Assembly (NCBI GenBank): GCA_964419495.1
Contig: CAYQQX010000003.1
Location: 4,943-68,942, forward strand
Source of the DNA: an uncultured Anaerolineales bacterium
GTDB taxonomy: Bacteria; Chloroflexota; Anaerolineae; Anaerolineales; UBA11858
Length of the DNA: 64,000 nt
Reading direction: 5' to 3'
Part shown: in pieces, positions 46,995-57,164 of the stretch
How the letters are laid out: each line of letters begins with the position of its first letter
How positions within the stretch are numbered: position 1 is the stretch's first letter
Notes under the pieces: generated by a model
Database searches by the model: none
What the model was told of the DNA's origin: nothing
The model's input: the letters and a program-made list of their open reading frames with translations, nothing else
Made by a program: the position numbers and the translations under genes

Positions 46995-48451
46995 GGTCCA
47001 TGCCTTTCTATTTGTTCGGATGCAGCGGTTAGTATATCCCGCAGTTCTTTCTGTAAGGCTTTGTCCAGTGGCTCAGGTTCATGCTCAGTCAGAATTTTGT
47101 CGAATTTCGCCCTGGCGCGCATACGAATATCAGGAGATGGTGGTTCTCCCATTGATATGCGCGGATAAGATAATTCAGGTATCCAAATTTCCCGCAAATA
47201 TTTTCGGGTATGCTTCTGCCCAAGGAAATGTCCCCCTGGTCCGACATTCTTGATCGCATCCATTGCCAAGCCATCAATACTGGTATCAATCCCTTCTACC
47301 AGGGTACGGTGGGTATGATATATCTCATCATCAAAGATGATTTGTTCTGGCACCAGCAAAGTTGAAGACTTGATCATCCCCAGTCCTTCAGCCAGATCTG
47401 CACCAGCCATGGCAGCCATCAGGGCTGTATACACACTGTCCCGCCCCAGTTTCCATGAATTTGGTTCAGGGCTGTCCATGGCGAATGCCCCAGCCAGGGC
47501 GGGAACCCCCCAATCGTGGGCTAACTGAATTCCGGCAGTATTGCACAAATATTTCTCTGATATGCCTACAATGTATCCGGCTGTTTGTGGATCCATAACG
47601 GAAGCACACAGTGAATAGAAAACAGGGGCACCGGGTGCAACCAACTGCATCAGGACGATGGCACTCACCAATTCAGCGTTTCCCACAACCAATGCCCCAC
47701 CCGTCGTGGCTGGTGCAGTGGAGCCAAGCGTGGGCATGGCCATAAATCCAACAGGAACGCTGGCTTTGGCGAAGGTTATGGCAGCTTCGATGGCTTCTTT
47801 GTCCTGGTTCAAGGGTGAAATTGTACAGATTAACGCCGAGAGTGGTGGCTTTGCCCGCATGGTTTCTCGATCTCCGGACACAATCTCAGCCATACGAACG
47901 GCATTTTCGGCAAGAATTGGATTTACGGATGTCACTGTCTGAACGTGCTTGACTGTGTTATTGAAACTGGTCTCAATTTCATGCAACGCCGCGGTTGCCC
48001 CATAGTCTTGAGCACTTACCATTGGCCAATAAAATGCGATGGATGACAGCGCGTCTGCCACTCGTGCCATACTGGCAACGTCTTCTTTTTGAGATGTGCG
48101 CGGTGCTCCCGTGAGAAAATCGAGTGTCTCTACTCCAACGCCATCTGTCCCAAAGTAGCTGCGATTTCCATCCAAGAAAAGCTCATTCCCCTTTTCCCGT
48201 CCCACCAATTGGTAGGTGCGGGGCGCTCTTCTGATTGCATCAAGTACTAGGTCGGGGGATAACTTTACGATGTGGCTATTTCCGTCAACCGCCGCGCCAT
48301 GATCAGCAAAGATTTCCAATGCCTTCTCTGAAGGAAATCGCACCCCCACAGTTTCTAGGAGGTGCAGCGTAGCCGATTGGATAGATTCAACTTCATCAGC
48401 ACGTAGCACATCCAGGCTAAATTTTGGGCAAATTGGTTTGATATTTGACAT
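46991..48451 (-). CDS. MttB-superfamily methyltransferase (non-Pyl)
   Basis: It is 486 aa and contains IAFYWPMVSAQD, NTVKHVQ, MPTLGSTAPAT, NAELVSAIVLMQLVAPGAPV, DPQTAGY and GPGGHFLGQKHTRKY. Confidence 0.85.
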   Translation of the reverse strand: MSNIKPICPKFSLDVLRADEVESIQSATLHLLETVGVRFPSEKALEIFADHGAAVDGNSHIVKLSPDLVLDAIRRAPRTYQLVGREKGNELFLDGNRSYFGTDGVGVETLDFLTGAPRTSQKEDVASMARVADALSSIAFYWPMVSAQDYGATAALHEIETSFNNTVKHVQTVTSVNPILAENAVRMAEIVSGDRETMRAKPPLSALICTISPLNQDKEAIEAAITFAKASVPVGFMAMPTLGSTAPATTGGALVVGNAELVSAIVLMQLVAPGAPVFYSLCASVMDPQTAGYIVGISEKYLCNTAGIQLAHDWGVPALAGAFAMDSPEPNSWKLGRDSVYTALMAAMAGADLAEGLGMIKSSTLLVPEQIIFDDEIYHTHRTLVEGIDTSIDGLAMDAIKNVGPGGHFLGQKHTRKYLREIWIPELSYPRISMGEPPSPDIRMRARAKFDKILTEHEPEPLDKALQKELRDILTAASEQIERHGP

Positions 48452-48466
48452 TCTAGCTACATATCA

Positions 48467-50947
48467 TTAACTTCGCACCCTCTCGTTTTTGGGATCATAA
48501 AGCGGGCGCAACGATGCCTTGGCTGGATAGCGTTCACCGGCGATATCGATTTCATAAGTGCCGCTGTTAATGAATTCATTTGTGGCGCCGCCTTCATGAT
48601 GAACAAACCCCATCCCCATGGCACCGCCCAGGGTAAAGCCATAGGAGCCGGTTTGCAGGTATCCAACGATCTCTCCACTGCGGTAGATGATTTCATTACC
48701 ATAAAGCAGCGGCTCCGGGTCATCGAGCAAGAACAAAACCATGCGATATTTCAGCTGCCCGCTCTCTTTATGGCGTAGGAGCGCATCCCTGCCAATAAAT
48801 CCCCCTGGCTTGTCAAATTTAACTGCCCAACCTAAACCAGCCTCCAGGGGTGTATCTTCGCTATCCATATCATGCCCGTATTCGCGGTAGGCCTTCTCGA
48901 TCCTGAGGGAATTGAGTGCCTGGAAACCGGCATGCCTCAACCCCAGATCCTGACCTGCTTCGACAACAGCTTCATACACATGGGCTGAGAATTCAGCCGG
49001 CACGTAGAACTCAAAGCCTAATTCGCCCTCAAAGGTGACGCGCATGACTTGCACCATGGCATAACCGATATCGATATTTTGAGCCGTCATATAGGGAAAA
49101 GCTTCTTTGGAGACATCTGCTGATGTCAGTCGGCTGACAAGCTGGCGCGACTTTGGGCCCTGCATATTCATCAGTGTATAACCCGAGGTTACATCAGTAA
49201 CCAAGGCGTGGGCATCCTTGGGGATATGCTTATCTAGCCACACCAGGTCATGGCCGTAGAAATCGCCAGCACTGACAATGAAGTATTTGTCCTCTGCCAG
49301 GCGAGTGACGGTCAGGTCTGCTTCCATACCGCCGCGCTCATTCAACCATTGTGTATAAACGACCTTTCCCACAGGAACTGCGACATCGTTAGCGCAGATA
49401 TTATTGAGCACTTTTTCGGCATCGCGCCCCTGAACCAGGAACTTGGACATCGACGTGACATCCATGAGGATGACATCTTCTCGGCAGGCCCTGTGTTCAT
49501 CAGCGTGGTACTCAAACCAATTTTGGCGACCCCATGAATATTCTTCGATTTTGGCTTCAATTCCTGGGGGTGCGTACCAGTCGGGAATCTCCCAGCCCAT
49601 ACCATTGACGAAGAAAGCTCCCGCTTCGGCCAGTTTGTCGTGGATAGCCGTTCGGCGCACGTTCCGTGCGGTCTCGTTGGCCGTATTGGGATAGATGAGT
49701 TTGTATTGTAGACCTAAGGTTTCTACTGTGCGATCCGTCAGGAATTTCTGCGTTCCCTGGAAAGGGAAACAGCGGGCGATATCGATGTCTAGAGGATCGA
49801 CCGGGCAATAGCCATCCACAATCCATTGGGCCATGATTTTGCCTACCCCACCCCCCTCAAGAATGCCCAAAGAGTTCAACCCCGCCGCAACGTAGAAATT
49901 TTTCAACTCTGGCGCTTCCCCCATCAGTGGGCCACCGTCGGGGGTGAAGCTCTCCGGACCACAGAAGAATTTATGAATGCCAGCATCTTTGAGTATTGGT
50001 ACACGCTCCATGGCAATCTCAACATAAGGCATCATGCGGTCCCAATCGGGTTTGATTTCTCCAAATGTAAAATTCTTTGGGATGCCATCCATGCCCCAGG
50101 GAGCAGCCACAGGCTCGAAAAAGCCAACCAACAGACCCCCCACTTCCTCTCTAAAATAAGAGTAGCGGCCAAAATCTTCAATAATCGGCAAATCTGGACG
50201 AACCCCTTCTATCGGTTCTGTAAGCAAATAATAGTGCTCGGCTGCCTGCAATGGCACATTGACCCCGGCCATCTTCCCTAACTCACGACCCCACATCCCG
50301 GCACAATTGACCACAAACTCGGCCTCTATTTCGCCCTTATTGGTGACAACGCCTGTAACTCGTCCATTCGCTTTATTAATTCCAATGACCTCAGTTTCTT
50401 CGAGGATCTTGACGCCGCCCATCTTTGCACCTTTTGCAAGGGCCATCGTAAAGTCAACCGGGTTGGCGCGCCCATCTTCCGGCGTGAAAAATCCTGCGAG
50501 CACATCATTGGTATCGGCCAGCGGCCACATCTCTTTGACCTCTTTTGGTGAGATTTCTTGATAATTGATCCCGTGTTTTCGTGCCGCAACCGCCATCCGG
50601 CGCCTTTCTTCCAGCCAATCAGGCGTGCAGGCTAGCTGCAAATATCCAATATCTTTAAACCCTGTGGATTGGCCGGTTTCCGCCTCAAGGCTTTTAATCA
50701 ATTCCCGTGTATAGGTCACCATCTCGACGTACTGCTCATCTCCGCTGGGTGTTACAACTAAGCCAGCCGCGTGCCAGGTCGTCCCTGAGGTGAGTTCTTT
50801 ACGCTCTAAGAGTAATACATCTTTCCACCCAAGTTTTGTAAGATGGTATGCGACACTGCAGCCAATGACACCACCTCCGATGATCACGACTTGTGCATGA
50901 GAAGGTAAATCGCTTATAGAATTTGCTTGTGGCTGATTATTTGCCAT
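48467..50947 (-). CDS. Dimethylglycine oxidase/dehydrogenase-like flavoprotein (FAD + GcvT domains)
   Basis: It is 826 aa and contains VVIIGGGVIGCSVAYHL, SGTTWHAAGL and the C-terminal block TFEGELGFEFYVP. It is a paralogue of 57165..59627. Confidence 0.85.
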   Translation of the reverse strand: MANNQPQANSISDLPSHAQVVIIGGGVIGCSVAYHLTKLGWKDVLLLERKELTSGTTWHAAGLVVTPSGDEQYVEMVTYTRELIKSLEAETGQSTGFKDIGYLQLACTPDWLEERRRMAVAARKHGINYQEISPKEVKEMWPLADTNDVLAGFFTPEDGRANPVDFTMALAKGAKMGGVKILEETEVIGINKANGRVTGVVTNKGEIEAEFVVNCAGMWGRELGKMAGVNVPLQAAEHYYLLTEPIEGVRPDLPIIEDFGRYSYFREEVGGLLVGFFEPVAAPWGMDGIPKNFTFGEIKPDWDRMMPYVEIAMERVPILKDAGIHKFFCGPESFTPDGGPLMGEAPELKNFYVAAGLNSLGILEGGGVGKIMAQWIVDGYCPVDPLDIDIARCFPFQGTQKFLTDRTVETLGLQYKLIYPNTANETARNVRRTAIHDKLAEAGAFFVNGMGWEIPDWYAPPGIEAKIEEYSWGRQNWFEYHADEHRACREDVILMDVTSMSKFLVQGRDAEKVLNNICANDVAVPVGKVVYTQWLNERGGMEADLTVTRLAEDKYFIVSAGDFYGHDLVWLDKHIPKDAHALVTDVTSGYTLMNMQGPKSRQLVSRLTSADVSKEAFPYMTAQNIDIGYAMVQVMRVTFEGELGFEFYVPAEFSAHVYEAVVEAGQDLGLRHAGFQALNSLRIEKAYREYGHDMDSEDTPLEAGLGWAVKFDKPGGFIGRDALLRHKESGQLKYRMVLFLLDDPEPLLYGNEIIYRSGEIVGYLQTGSYGFTLGGAMGMGFVHHEGGATNEFINSGTYEIDIAGERYPAKASLRPLYDPKNERVRS

Positions 50948-51094
50948 GTGTGCCTCCTAAAATTGCGTACTCATCGATGCAAGAGATAACTACAAAAACA
51001 GATTGTGGGATTCGCAATTGGAAGCAGTATACCATAGACATATACCGATTATGCATTAATTCGCAGATATTTTTACCATTTTGTTATATATTTC

Positions 51095-51123
51095 TTGATT
51101 TTTCTTCACAATTGTGATATAGT
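51095..51123 (+). promoter_or_regulatory. Sigma70-like promoter of the Lrp gene, with an embedded palindromic operator candidate
   Basis: The -35 TTGATT (51095-51100) is followed by a 17-nt spacer and then the -10 TATAGT (51118-51123), which is preceded by TGa (extended -10). The perfect 12-bp palindrome TCACAATTGTGA (51106-51117) lies in the spacer. Confidence 0.5.
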
Positions 51124-51153
51124 GCCACGAAATAGTGCAGAATCGAGGGTAAT

Positions 51154-51660
51154 ATGCAGTATGTTGATCTAAAGGGGCAGGCAAAAATTGATGATATAGA
51201 TCTCCAAATCATCAAAATACTAAGTGAAGACGGCAGGACCCCATTTGCGCAAATTGCCAAACAACTGGGGGTATCTACAGGCATGATCCGTCAACGATAT
51301 CAACGCCTTGTTCAGGAAGGCGTTCTCCAGATTGTAGCCGTAACAAACCCCCTAGTGATGGGTTTTGCAACCATGGCTCAGATTGGTGTAAAGGCAGATG
51401 TTCATCGTTTGGAAGAAATTGCCGATGAGATTGCCCAATTTGAGGAAGTTATATATCTCGTATTAGTCACCGGCAGCTATGATCTTCATGTTGAAGTTGT
51501 CTGTAGAGACAAGACCCACCTACTCAACTTCCTTTCAAAGAAACTTCACGCCGTTGAAGGCGTCAAAGAAGCGGAAACTTTCATGTATCTACGTATTGCC
51601 AAAGAGAACTATGGTTGGGCGGGCATTACAGAAGTAAAACATCCTTATGGAGGTGAATAA
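51154..51660 (+). CDS. Lrp/AsnC family transcriptional regulator
   Basis: It is 168 aa with the HTH region DLQIIKILSEDGRTPFAQIAKQLGVSTGMIRQRYQRL followed by an AsnC-type domain. Confidence 0.85.
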   Translation: MQYVDLKGQAKIDDIDLQIIKILSEDGRTPFAQIAKQLGVSTGMIRQRYQRLVQEGVLQIVAVTNPLVMGFATMAQIGVKADVHRLEEIADEIAQFEEVIYLVLVTGSYDLHVEVVCRDKTHLLNFLSKKLHAVEGVKEAETFMYLRIAKENYGWAGITEVKHPYGGE

Positions 51661-51748
51661 TCCTTCAAATCCGCGAACGAAAAACCATTTATTTGGACAC
51701 AAAATATCTATCGAAAAAAATGGAAAATGAAAAAGGAGAGCGATTTCC

Positions 51749-52738
51749 ATGCCAATCCCAAATGAGATTCTTTACCTGACCGAAGAAGATGTCCAGCAAA
51801 CCCTTTCAGTGGCCGAAGCAGTCGATTTAGCAGAGAAAGGCATTAAAGAAGATGCGGTCGGAAATGTCGAGGGCGACAAGTTCTATATGAATGTCAATGA
51901 TGACGGTTTCATCAAACCCTTTTCAGGCTACATAGCGGGGGAAGAGTATGCTTATGTTAAATCGTTCAGTTACTTCCCTGACAATCCAAAGAAATATAAC
52001 CGGGCAACTACGTCTTCACAAGTTATCCTGATTGATTATGAAACCGGTCTTCCAGCGTGCTTCATGGGCGCCGATTGGGTGACGGGACTAAAGACCGCAT
52101 CTTCGACAGCCGTGACGACAGCCTACTTAGCACGACCCGAGTCTGATACGGTGACAATCTTCGGAGCTGGCACATTGGGACGGCTTCACCTCCAGGCGCT
52201 TGCTGAACGCTTTAAGCTCAAGCAAGCGTTTTTTATAGATATTATTCCTGAAGTAGCTCAATCCTGCGCGACAGATCTTGCTGCAGAATTAGGATTTTCT
52301 GTTGAAGCAGTATCTCTAGATGATCGGGAAGGTGCTGTTAGAAAATCGGATATTGTTTTTACGGTAACCACGGGAAGTCAAGAACTGGTTTACCTGGATT
52401 GGCTGAAACCGGGAACTTTTGTGGCGCGCCTGGGATCTTATCAAGAAGTCGCCCACAACGTGATCACCGGAGCCGACAAAGTGGTCCTGGATCGATGGAA
52501 ATATGTCAGCCCCAGGATTCCCGAAGTGATCCAATTGATCAAGGAAGGTAAATTCAGCCAGGAAAGCGTGTACGCCGAATGGCCCGATATTGTCGCAGAG
52601 AAAGTACCTGGACGCGAATCCCCAGATGAGATCATCGTTTTTATTGCGCTAGGAATCTGGGGCGAATATGCCGCCATATTACCCGAGGTTTTCCGTAAAG
52701 CAAAAGCTATGGGCCTGGGACGCGGACTGCCATTTTGA
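51749..52738 (+). CDS. Ornithine cyclodeaminase / mu-crystallin family NAD(P)-dependent enzyme
   Basis: It is 329 aa. TGLKTASSTAVTTAYLA and IFGAGTLGRLHLQAL (Rossmann) match the typical OCD_Mu_crystallin layout. Confidence 0.75.
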   Translation: MPIPNEILYLTEEDVQQTLSVAEAVDLAEKGIKEDAVGNVEGDKFYMNVNDDGFIKPFSGYIAGEEYAYVKSFSYFPDNPKKYNRATTSSQVILIDYETGLPACFMGADWVTGLKTASSTAVTTAYLARPESDTVTIFGAGTLGRLHLQALAERFKLKQAFFIDIIPEVAQSCATDLAAELGFSVEAVSLDDREGAVRKSDIVFTVTTGSQELVYLDWLKPGTFVARLGSYQEVAHNVITGADKVVLDRWKYVSPRIPEVIQLIKEGKFSQESVYAEWPDIVAEKVPGRESPDEIIVFIALGIWGEYAAILPEVFRKAKAMGLGRGLPF

Positions 52739-52866
52739 TTCTGAAAAAGGTAATCGTCATGCGCAGATCGAACAAAAGTAGCAAATAACTTCTATTCGGA
52801 AACCAAGAATAAAGGAAAAATTTCTTGGTTTCCTGGCTTCCAAATTAAATTAGTGAGAGGTATTGT

Positions 52867-54204
52867 ATGAGCAAAGATAAGCAAACGCTAACCGCTGAAG
52901 AAATCGTTCAACTGAGCAAAGAGTACACTTTCTTCTCATGGGCGGTGCAGTCTCAGGTCAACCCCATCCCAGTCACAAAATCCGAGGGCGTGTATTTTTG
53001 GGATGCCGATGGCAAGCGTTACCTGGACTTTTCTTCCCAATTAATGAACCAGAATATAGGCAATCAGCACCCCAAGGTGATCAAAGCCATCCAAGAACAG
53101 GCAGAAGAGTTGTGCTTTGTCCATCCCGGAAATGCCACCGAAGCGCGCGCCAACCTGGGCAAAAAGCTGTCCGAAGTCACCCCGGGAAAATTAAAGAAGA
53201 GCTTCTTTGCTCTGGGTGGTGCTGAAGCTAATGAAAATGCCATCAAGATCGCCCGCTTCTACACCGGGCGCCACAAGATCATGGCGCGCTATCGTTCCTA
53301 TCACGGCGCCACGCATGGAGCCGTAGCCTTGACCGGCGACTACCGCCGTAATGCCGTTGAACCGACGATGCCAGGGACGGTCCATTTCCTTGATCCGTAT
53401 TGTTATCGATGTCCTTTTGGGCAGAAGGTCGAATCCTGCAAACGAGAATGTATTTCCCATGTCGATGAGATCATCCAGTATGAGGGTCCCGACAAGATCG
53501 CTGCGATCATCATGGAGGGCGTCACCGGCTCCAATGGCCTGATCGTACCACCCGATGATTATTGGCCTGCGGTGCGCGAACTCTGCGATAAATACGGCAT
53601 CCTGCTGATTTCCGACGAAGTGATGAGCGGCTGGGGCCGCACAGGGAAATGGTTCGCCGTGGACAACTGGGACGTGGAGCCCGACATCATCACAACTGCT
53701 AAGGGGATCACATCCGGATATGTACCATTAGGGGCTGTGATCGTTTCAGAAGAGATCGCCAATCATTTTGAAGACGAGTATCTTTATGCAGGTTTGACTT
53801 ACAGCGGGCATGCGCTGGCCTGTGCAGCTGCGTTGGCGACCATCGATGTCTATGCCGATGATGGTCTGATTGACAATGCAGCAAATTTGGGGAACTATCT
53901 GGGGAAAGCACTGGAAGATATCAAGGAGCGCCATCCCTCCGTGGGTGATGTGCGCTATATCGGTCTATTCTCAACAATTGAACTCGTTGAAGATCGCAAG
54001 ACGAAAAAACCATTCTCAGCTGCTGTGATGGCTGATGTAAAAAATGCGTTGTTGGATAGTGGTTTGTTCACCTTCATTATGGTAAAGGACATCGGGACGA
54101 TGGTATTCATTGTCCCGCCGCTTTGTATTACAAAAGAACAGCTAGATGAAGGTCTGGCTCTGGTTGAACAGGCTTTAGAAGTTTCTGATCGAAAGGTGAA
54201 ATAA
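52867..54204 (+). CDS. Class-III omega-aminotransferase (beta-alanine/taurine:pyruvate aminotransferase-like)
   Basis: It is 445 aa and contains [62 protein letters not shown] and [10 protein letters not shown] (PLP-lysine). Confidence 0.75.
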   Translation: MSKDKQTLTAEEIVQLSKEYTFFSWAVQSQVNPIPVTKSEGVYFWDADGKRYLDFSSQLMNQNIGNQHPKVIKAIQEQAEELCFVHPGNATEARANLGKKLSEVTPGKLKKSFFALGGAEANENAIKIARFYTGRHKIMARYRSYHGATHGAVALTGDYRRNAVEPTMPGTVHFLDPYCYRCPFGQKVESCKRECISHVDEIIQYEGPDKIAAIIMEGVTGSNGLIVPPDDYWPAVRELCDKYGILLISDEVMSGWGRTGKWFAVDNWDVEPDIITTAKGITSGYVPLGAVIVSEEIANHFEDEYLYAGLTYSGHALACAAALATIDVYADDGLIDNAANLGNYLGKALEDIKERHPSVGDVRYIGLFSTIELVEDRKTKKPFSAAVMADVKNALLDSGLFTFIMVKDIGTMVFIVPPLCITKEQLDEGLALVEQALEVSDRKVK

Positions 54205-54205
54205 T

Positions 54206-55675
54206 ATGTCGAAAATCTTGAATTACATCAACAATGAATGGGTAGAACCGAAAGTTAGCGAGTACGCCGAGGTGATCAATCCGGCCACAGGAGAGGTGAT
54301 CGCCAAAACGCCCTTGTGTGGTAAAAGTGAAGTGGATGCAGCCACAATGGCAGCCTCAGAGGCATTTCCAGCGTGGCGTGAGACCCCGGTAAACGATCGC
54401 ATCAAGTATCTGTTTAAATTGCGGGATTTACTCATCGCCAACCATGATGAGATCGGCCGCATTATCACCGAGGAATGCGGCAAGACCTTCGGTGAGGCCA
54501 AAGCCGAAATGGTGCGCGCCATCGAGAATGTGGAAGTTGCCTGCGGCATGCCAATGATGATGAAGGGTGAAATCGCAGAGGATATCGCCCCAGGCATCGA
54601 TGAGATCATGCTGCGCCAACCTTTGGGCGTGTGTACCACGATCGCGCCATTCAACTTCCCGGGCATGATCACCTTTTGGTACCTACCCTATGCGCTGGCA
54701 ACGGGTAATACCTATATCGTCAAACCCTCAGAACGCGTCTCAATGACTATGCAGTTCATCTTCGAATTGATCGAGCAGGTTGGTTTCCCTCCGGGCGTGG
54801 TCAATATGGTGCACGGCTCGAAAGATGCCGTCAATGCCATTCTTGATCACCCTGATATTCGCGCCATCACATTTGTCGGCTCGACAAATGTGGCCAAATA
54901 CGTCTACCGCCGCGCAGCCGAGAACGGCAAACGCGTCCAGGCGCAAGGTGGGGCGAAAAACCCGGTTATCATCATGCCCGATGCCGAAATGGATATGGCA
55001 ACCCAAATTGTTGCCGATTCAGCCTTTGGGTGCGCTGGTCAGCGCTGCTTGGCAGTATCCCTGGCCGTGACGGTTGGAGAAGCACGCAATACCTTCAACG
55101 AAATGATTTGCGACGCGGCATCTAACCGTGTTGTCGGTAACGGCCTCGATGCAGATGTGCAAATGGGTCCCGTGATTAACCAGGCCAGCAAAGCGAACAT
55201 CGAAAAACTTATCGGACTGGGAACCACGGAAGGGGCCACCGCGTTGGTAGATGGACGCGGCACAACTATCGAAGGTTATGAAGGGGGTACGTTTGTCCGT
55301 CCAACAGTTTTATCTGAAGTGCAACCCAACAGTGAAATTTGGAAAACCGAGATCTTTGGTCCGGTGTTGAGCATGATGCATGTCAAAACCATCGAGGAAG
55401 CCATCGAATTGGCCAATAGTCATATTTATGGCAACCAGGCCAGTCTGTTTACTTCCAGTGGGGCCGCGGCGCGCAAGTTCCGTTATGAAGTGGATGCAGG
55501 CAACGTGGGCATTAACATCGGCGTCGCCGCCCCCATGGCATTCTTCCCCTTTAGCGGATGGAAAGACAGCTTCTTTGGAACTCTCCACGGGCAAGGACAA
55601 CATGCCGTCGAGTTTTTCACTCAAACCAAGGTCGTCATTGAGCGTTGGCCCAAGGAATGGTCACGAAAATTCTAG
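54206..55675 (+). CDS. mmsA: Methylmalonate/malonate-semialdehyde dehydrogenase (CoA-acylating ALDH)
   Basis: It is 489 aa and contains the ALDH catalytic blocks [10 protein letters not shown] and EIFGPVL. The C-terminal [13 protein letters not shown] tail is typical of the MmsA/IolA subgroup. Confidence 0.75.
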   Translation: MSKILNYINNEWVEPKVSEYAEVINPATGEVIAKTPLCGKSEVDAATMAASEAFPAWRETPVNDRIKYLFKLRDLLIANHDEIGRIITEECGKTFGEAKAEMVRAIENVEVACGMPMMMKGEIAEDIAPGIDEIMLRQPLGVCTTIAPFNFPGMITFWYLPYALATGNTYIVKPSERVSMTMQFIFELIEQVGFPPGVVNMVHGSKDAVNAILDHPDIRAITFVGSTNVAKYVYRRAAENGKRVQAQGGAKNPVIIMPDAEMDMATQIVADSAFGCAGQRCLAVSLAVTVGEARNTFNEMICDAASNRVVGNGLDADVQMGPVINQASKANIEKLIGLGTTEGATALVDGRGTTIEGYEGGTFVRPTVLSEVQPNSEIWKTEIFGPVLSMMHVKTIEEAIELANSHIYGNQASLFTSSGAAARKFRYEVDAGNVGINIGVAAPMAFFPFSGWKDSFFGTLHGQGQHAVEFFTQTKVVIERWPKEWSRKF

Positions 55676-55683
55676 GAGAATAA

Positions 55684-57144
55684 ATGTACTCTGAGACCCC
55701 GGATATCACCTCGATCTCATCCCATCACAAAATCCAGATTCTGAGAGATTCGGAACTGGAGACATTGAAGAACGGCACCATGCAGCTCTTGTCGGAAACG
55801 GGTGTCTATTTCCCCAGCCAAATAGCCTTGTCGATCTTCGCCGATCACGGGGCCAACGTGGATTGGGATACGAAGATCGTCCGCATTCAGCCCGATTTAG
55901 TCAAAAAGGCCATGGCGACCGCCCCACGCAGCTTTGTGTTGGGCGGCCGAGAAGAACGTTTCGACCTGATACTCGATGGTCGTAACTCTTACCTTTGCAC
56001 CGATGGATGCGGGGTCCATGTCATTGATCCAGAAACCCGAGAAAAACGTGCTTCCCGAAAATCGGATGTGGCCATGATGGCGCGCATCAGTGACGCCATT
56101 CCTATGCTCAGCTTCTTCTGGCCATTGGTGAGTGCCCAGGATTTCGGCAAAACTGCACCACTGCACGAATGCCATGCGGGCCTGACCAACACCTTGAAAC
56201 ACGTACGCGGGGGAACAACCGTTCACCCTGAACTGGCCCCCGCGATTGTAGAAATGGCCACCGTTGTCTCGGGAAGTGACGCGGAGAGACGCCGGCGACC
56301 ACCAATTTGTGCCAATATTTGCACAATAGCACCTATGGCTCAAGATGGCCACGGCATCGAAACCGCGTTGATTTATGCAGCCGCAGGAATTCCTGTTAGT
56401 TTTATGGCTATGCCCAACATGGGCTCAACTGCGCCAGCTTCAGTACTTGGTGCGCTGGTTATGGGTGATGCAGAGTCAGTCAGCGCAATGGTGCTGATGC
56501 AGTTGGCGAACCCTGGTGCACCTGTCTTCCATTCGATTATCACCTCGCTGATGGATCCGCGTACCGGTGGATACATCGGGGATATCCCCTTGCCAGTCTC
56601 GTTGATCGCTGTGCAGTTAGCCCATGCCTGGAACGTTCCCAGCTTAGGCGGCGGGTCGTTCAGCAGTGACGCACCCGATGTCGGCTGGCAGTCGGCGTTC
56701 GAAGCAGGTTTTGGCTCAGCAAAGATACCCCTGGCTGGTGGTGAGATTTGCGGCTATATGGGATTGCTGAATTCTTCGATGACTATCTACCCTGAACAGA
56801 TCATTCTTGATGCGGAGATCGCCAGGAATGTTTATGATACATACAAAGAATTCGAATTCAAAGATTTCGATGCTTCATTGGATGTGATCAAAGCTGTAGG
56901 CCCAGGCGGACATTATTTGAGAGAAAAACACACTCGGGTGTACATGCGAGATTTTCACTACTCACCTATCTTCCGCCAATTGGATGCCGAAGGCCACCTG
57001 CGCGAGCCGCGCGATGTAGCATACGATGAATTCAAAAGAATCTATGAAACTCATCAGCCTGAACCGCTGCCTGATGAGGCCATAAAAGAAATGGACAACA
57101 TCCTGGCAGCGGCAGACAGAACGGCAGCAAAATTAGCGGACTAA
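55684..57144 (+). CDS. MttB-superfamily methyltransferase (non-Pyl)
   Basis: It is 486 aa and belongs to the same clade as 11144 and 24611 (SFFWPLVSAQDFG, LHECHAGLTNTLKHVRGGTTV, PPICANICTIAPM, DPRTGGY). Confidence 0.88.
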   Translation: MYSETPDITSISSHHKIQILRDSELETLKNGTMQLLSETGVYFPSQIALSIFADHGANVDWDTKIVRIQPDLVKKAMATAPRSFVLGGREERFDLILDGRNSYLCTDGCGVHVIDPETREKRASRKSDVAMMARISDAIPMLSFFWPLVSAQDFGKTAPLHECHAGLTNTLKHVRGGTTVHPELAPAIVEMATVVSGSDAERRRRPPICANICTIAPMAQDGHGIETALIYAAAGIPVSFMAMPNMGSTAPASVLGALVMGDAESVSAMVLMQLANPGAPVFHSIITSLMDPRTGGYIGDIPLPVSLIAVQLAHAWNVPSLGGGSFSSDAPDVGWQSAFEAGFGSAKIPLAGGEICGYMGLLNSSMTIYPEQIILDAEIARNVYDTYKEFEFKDFDASLDVIKAVGPGGHYLREKHTRVYMRDFHYSPIFRQLDAEGHLREPRDVAYDEFKRIYETHQPEPLPDEAIKEMDNILAAADRTAAKLAD

Positions 57145-57164
57145 CAAAAAAGGTAGGGCAGAAC

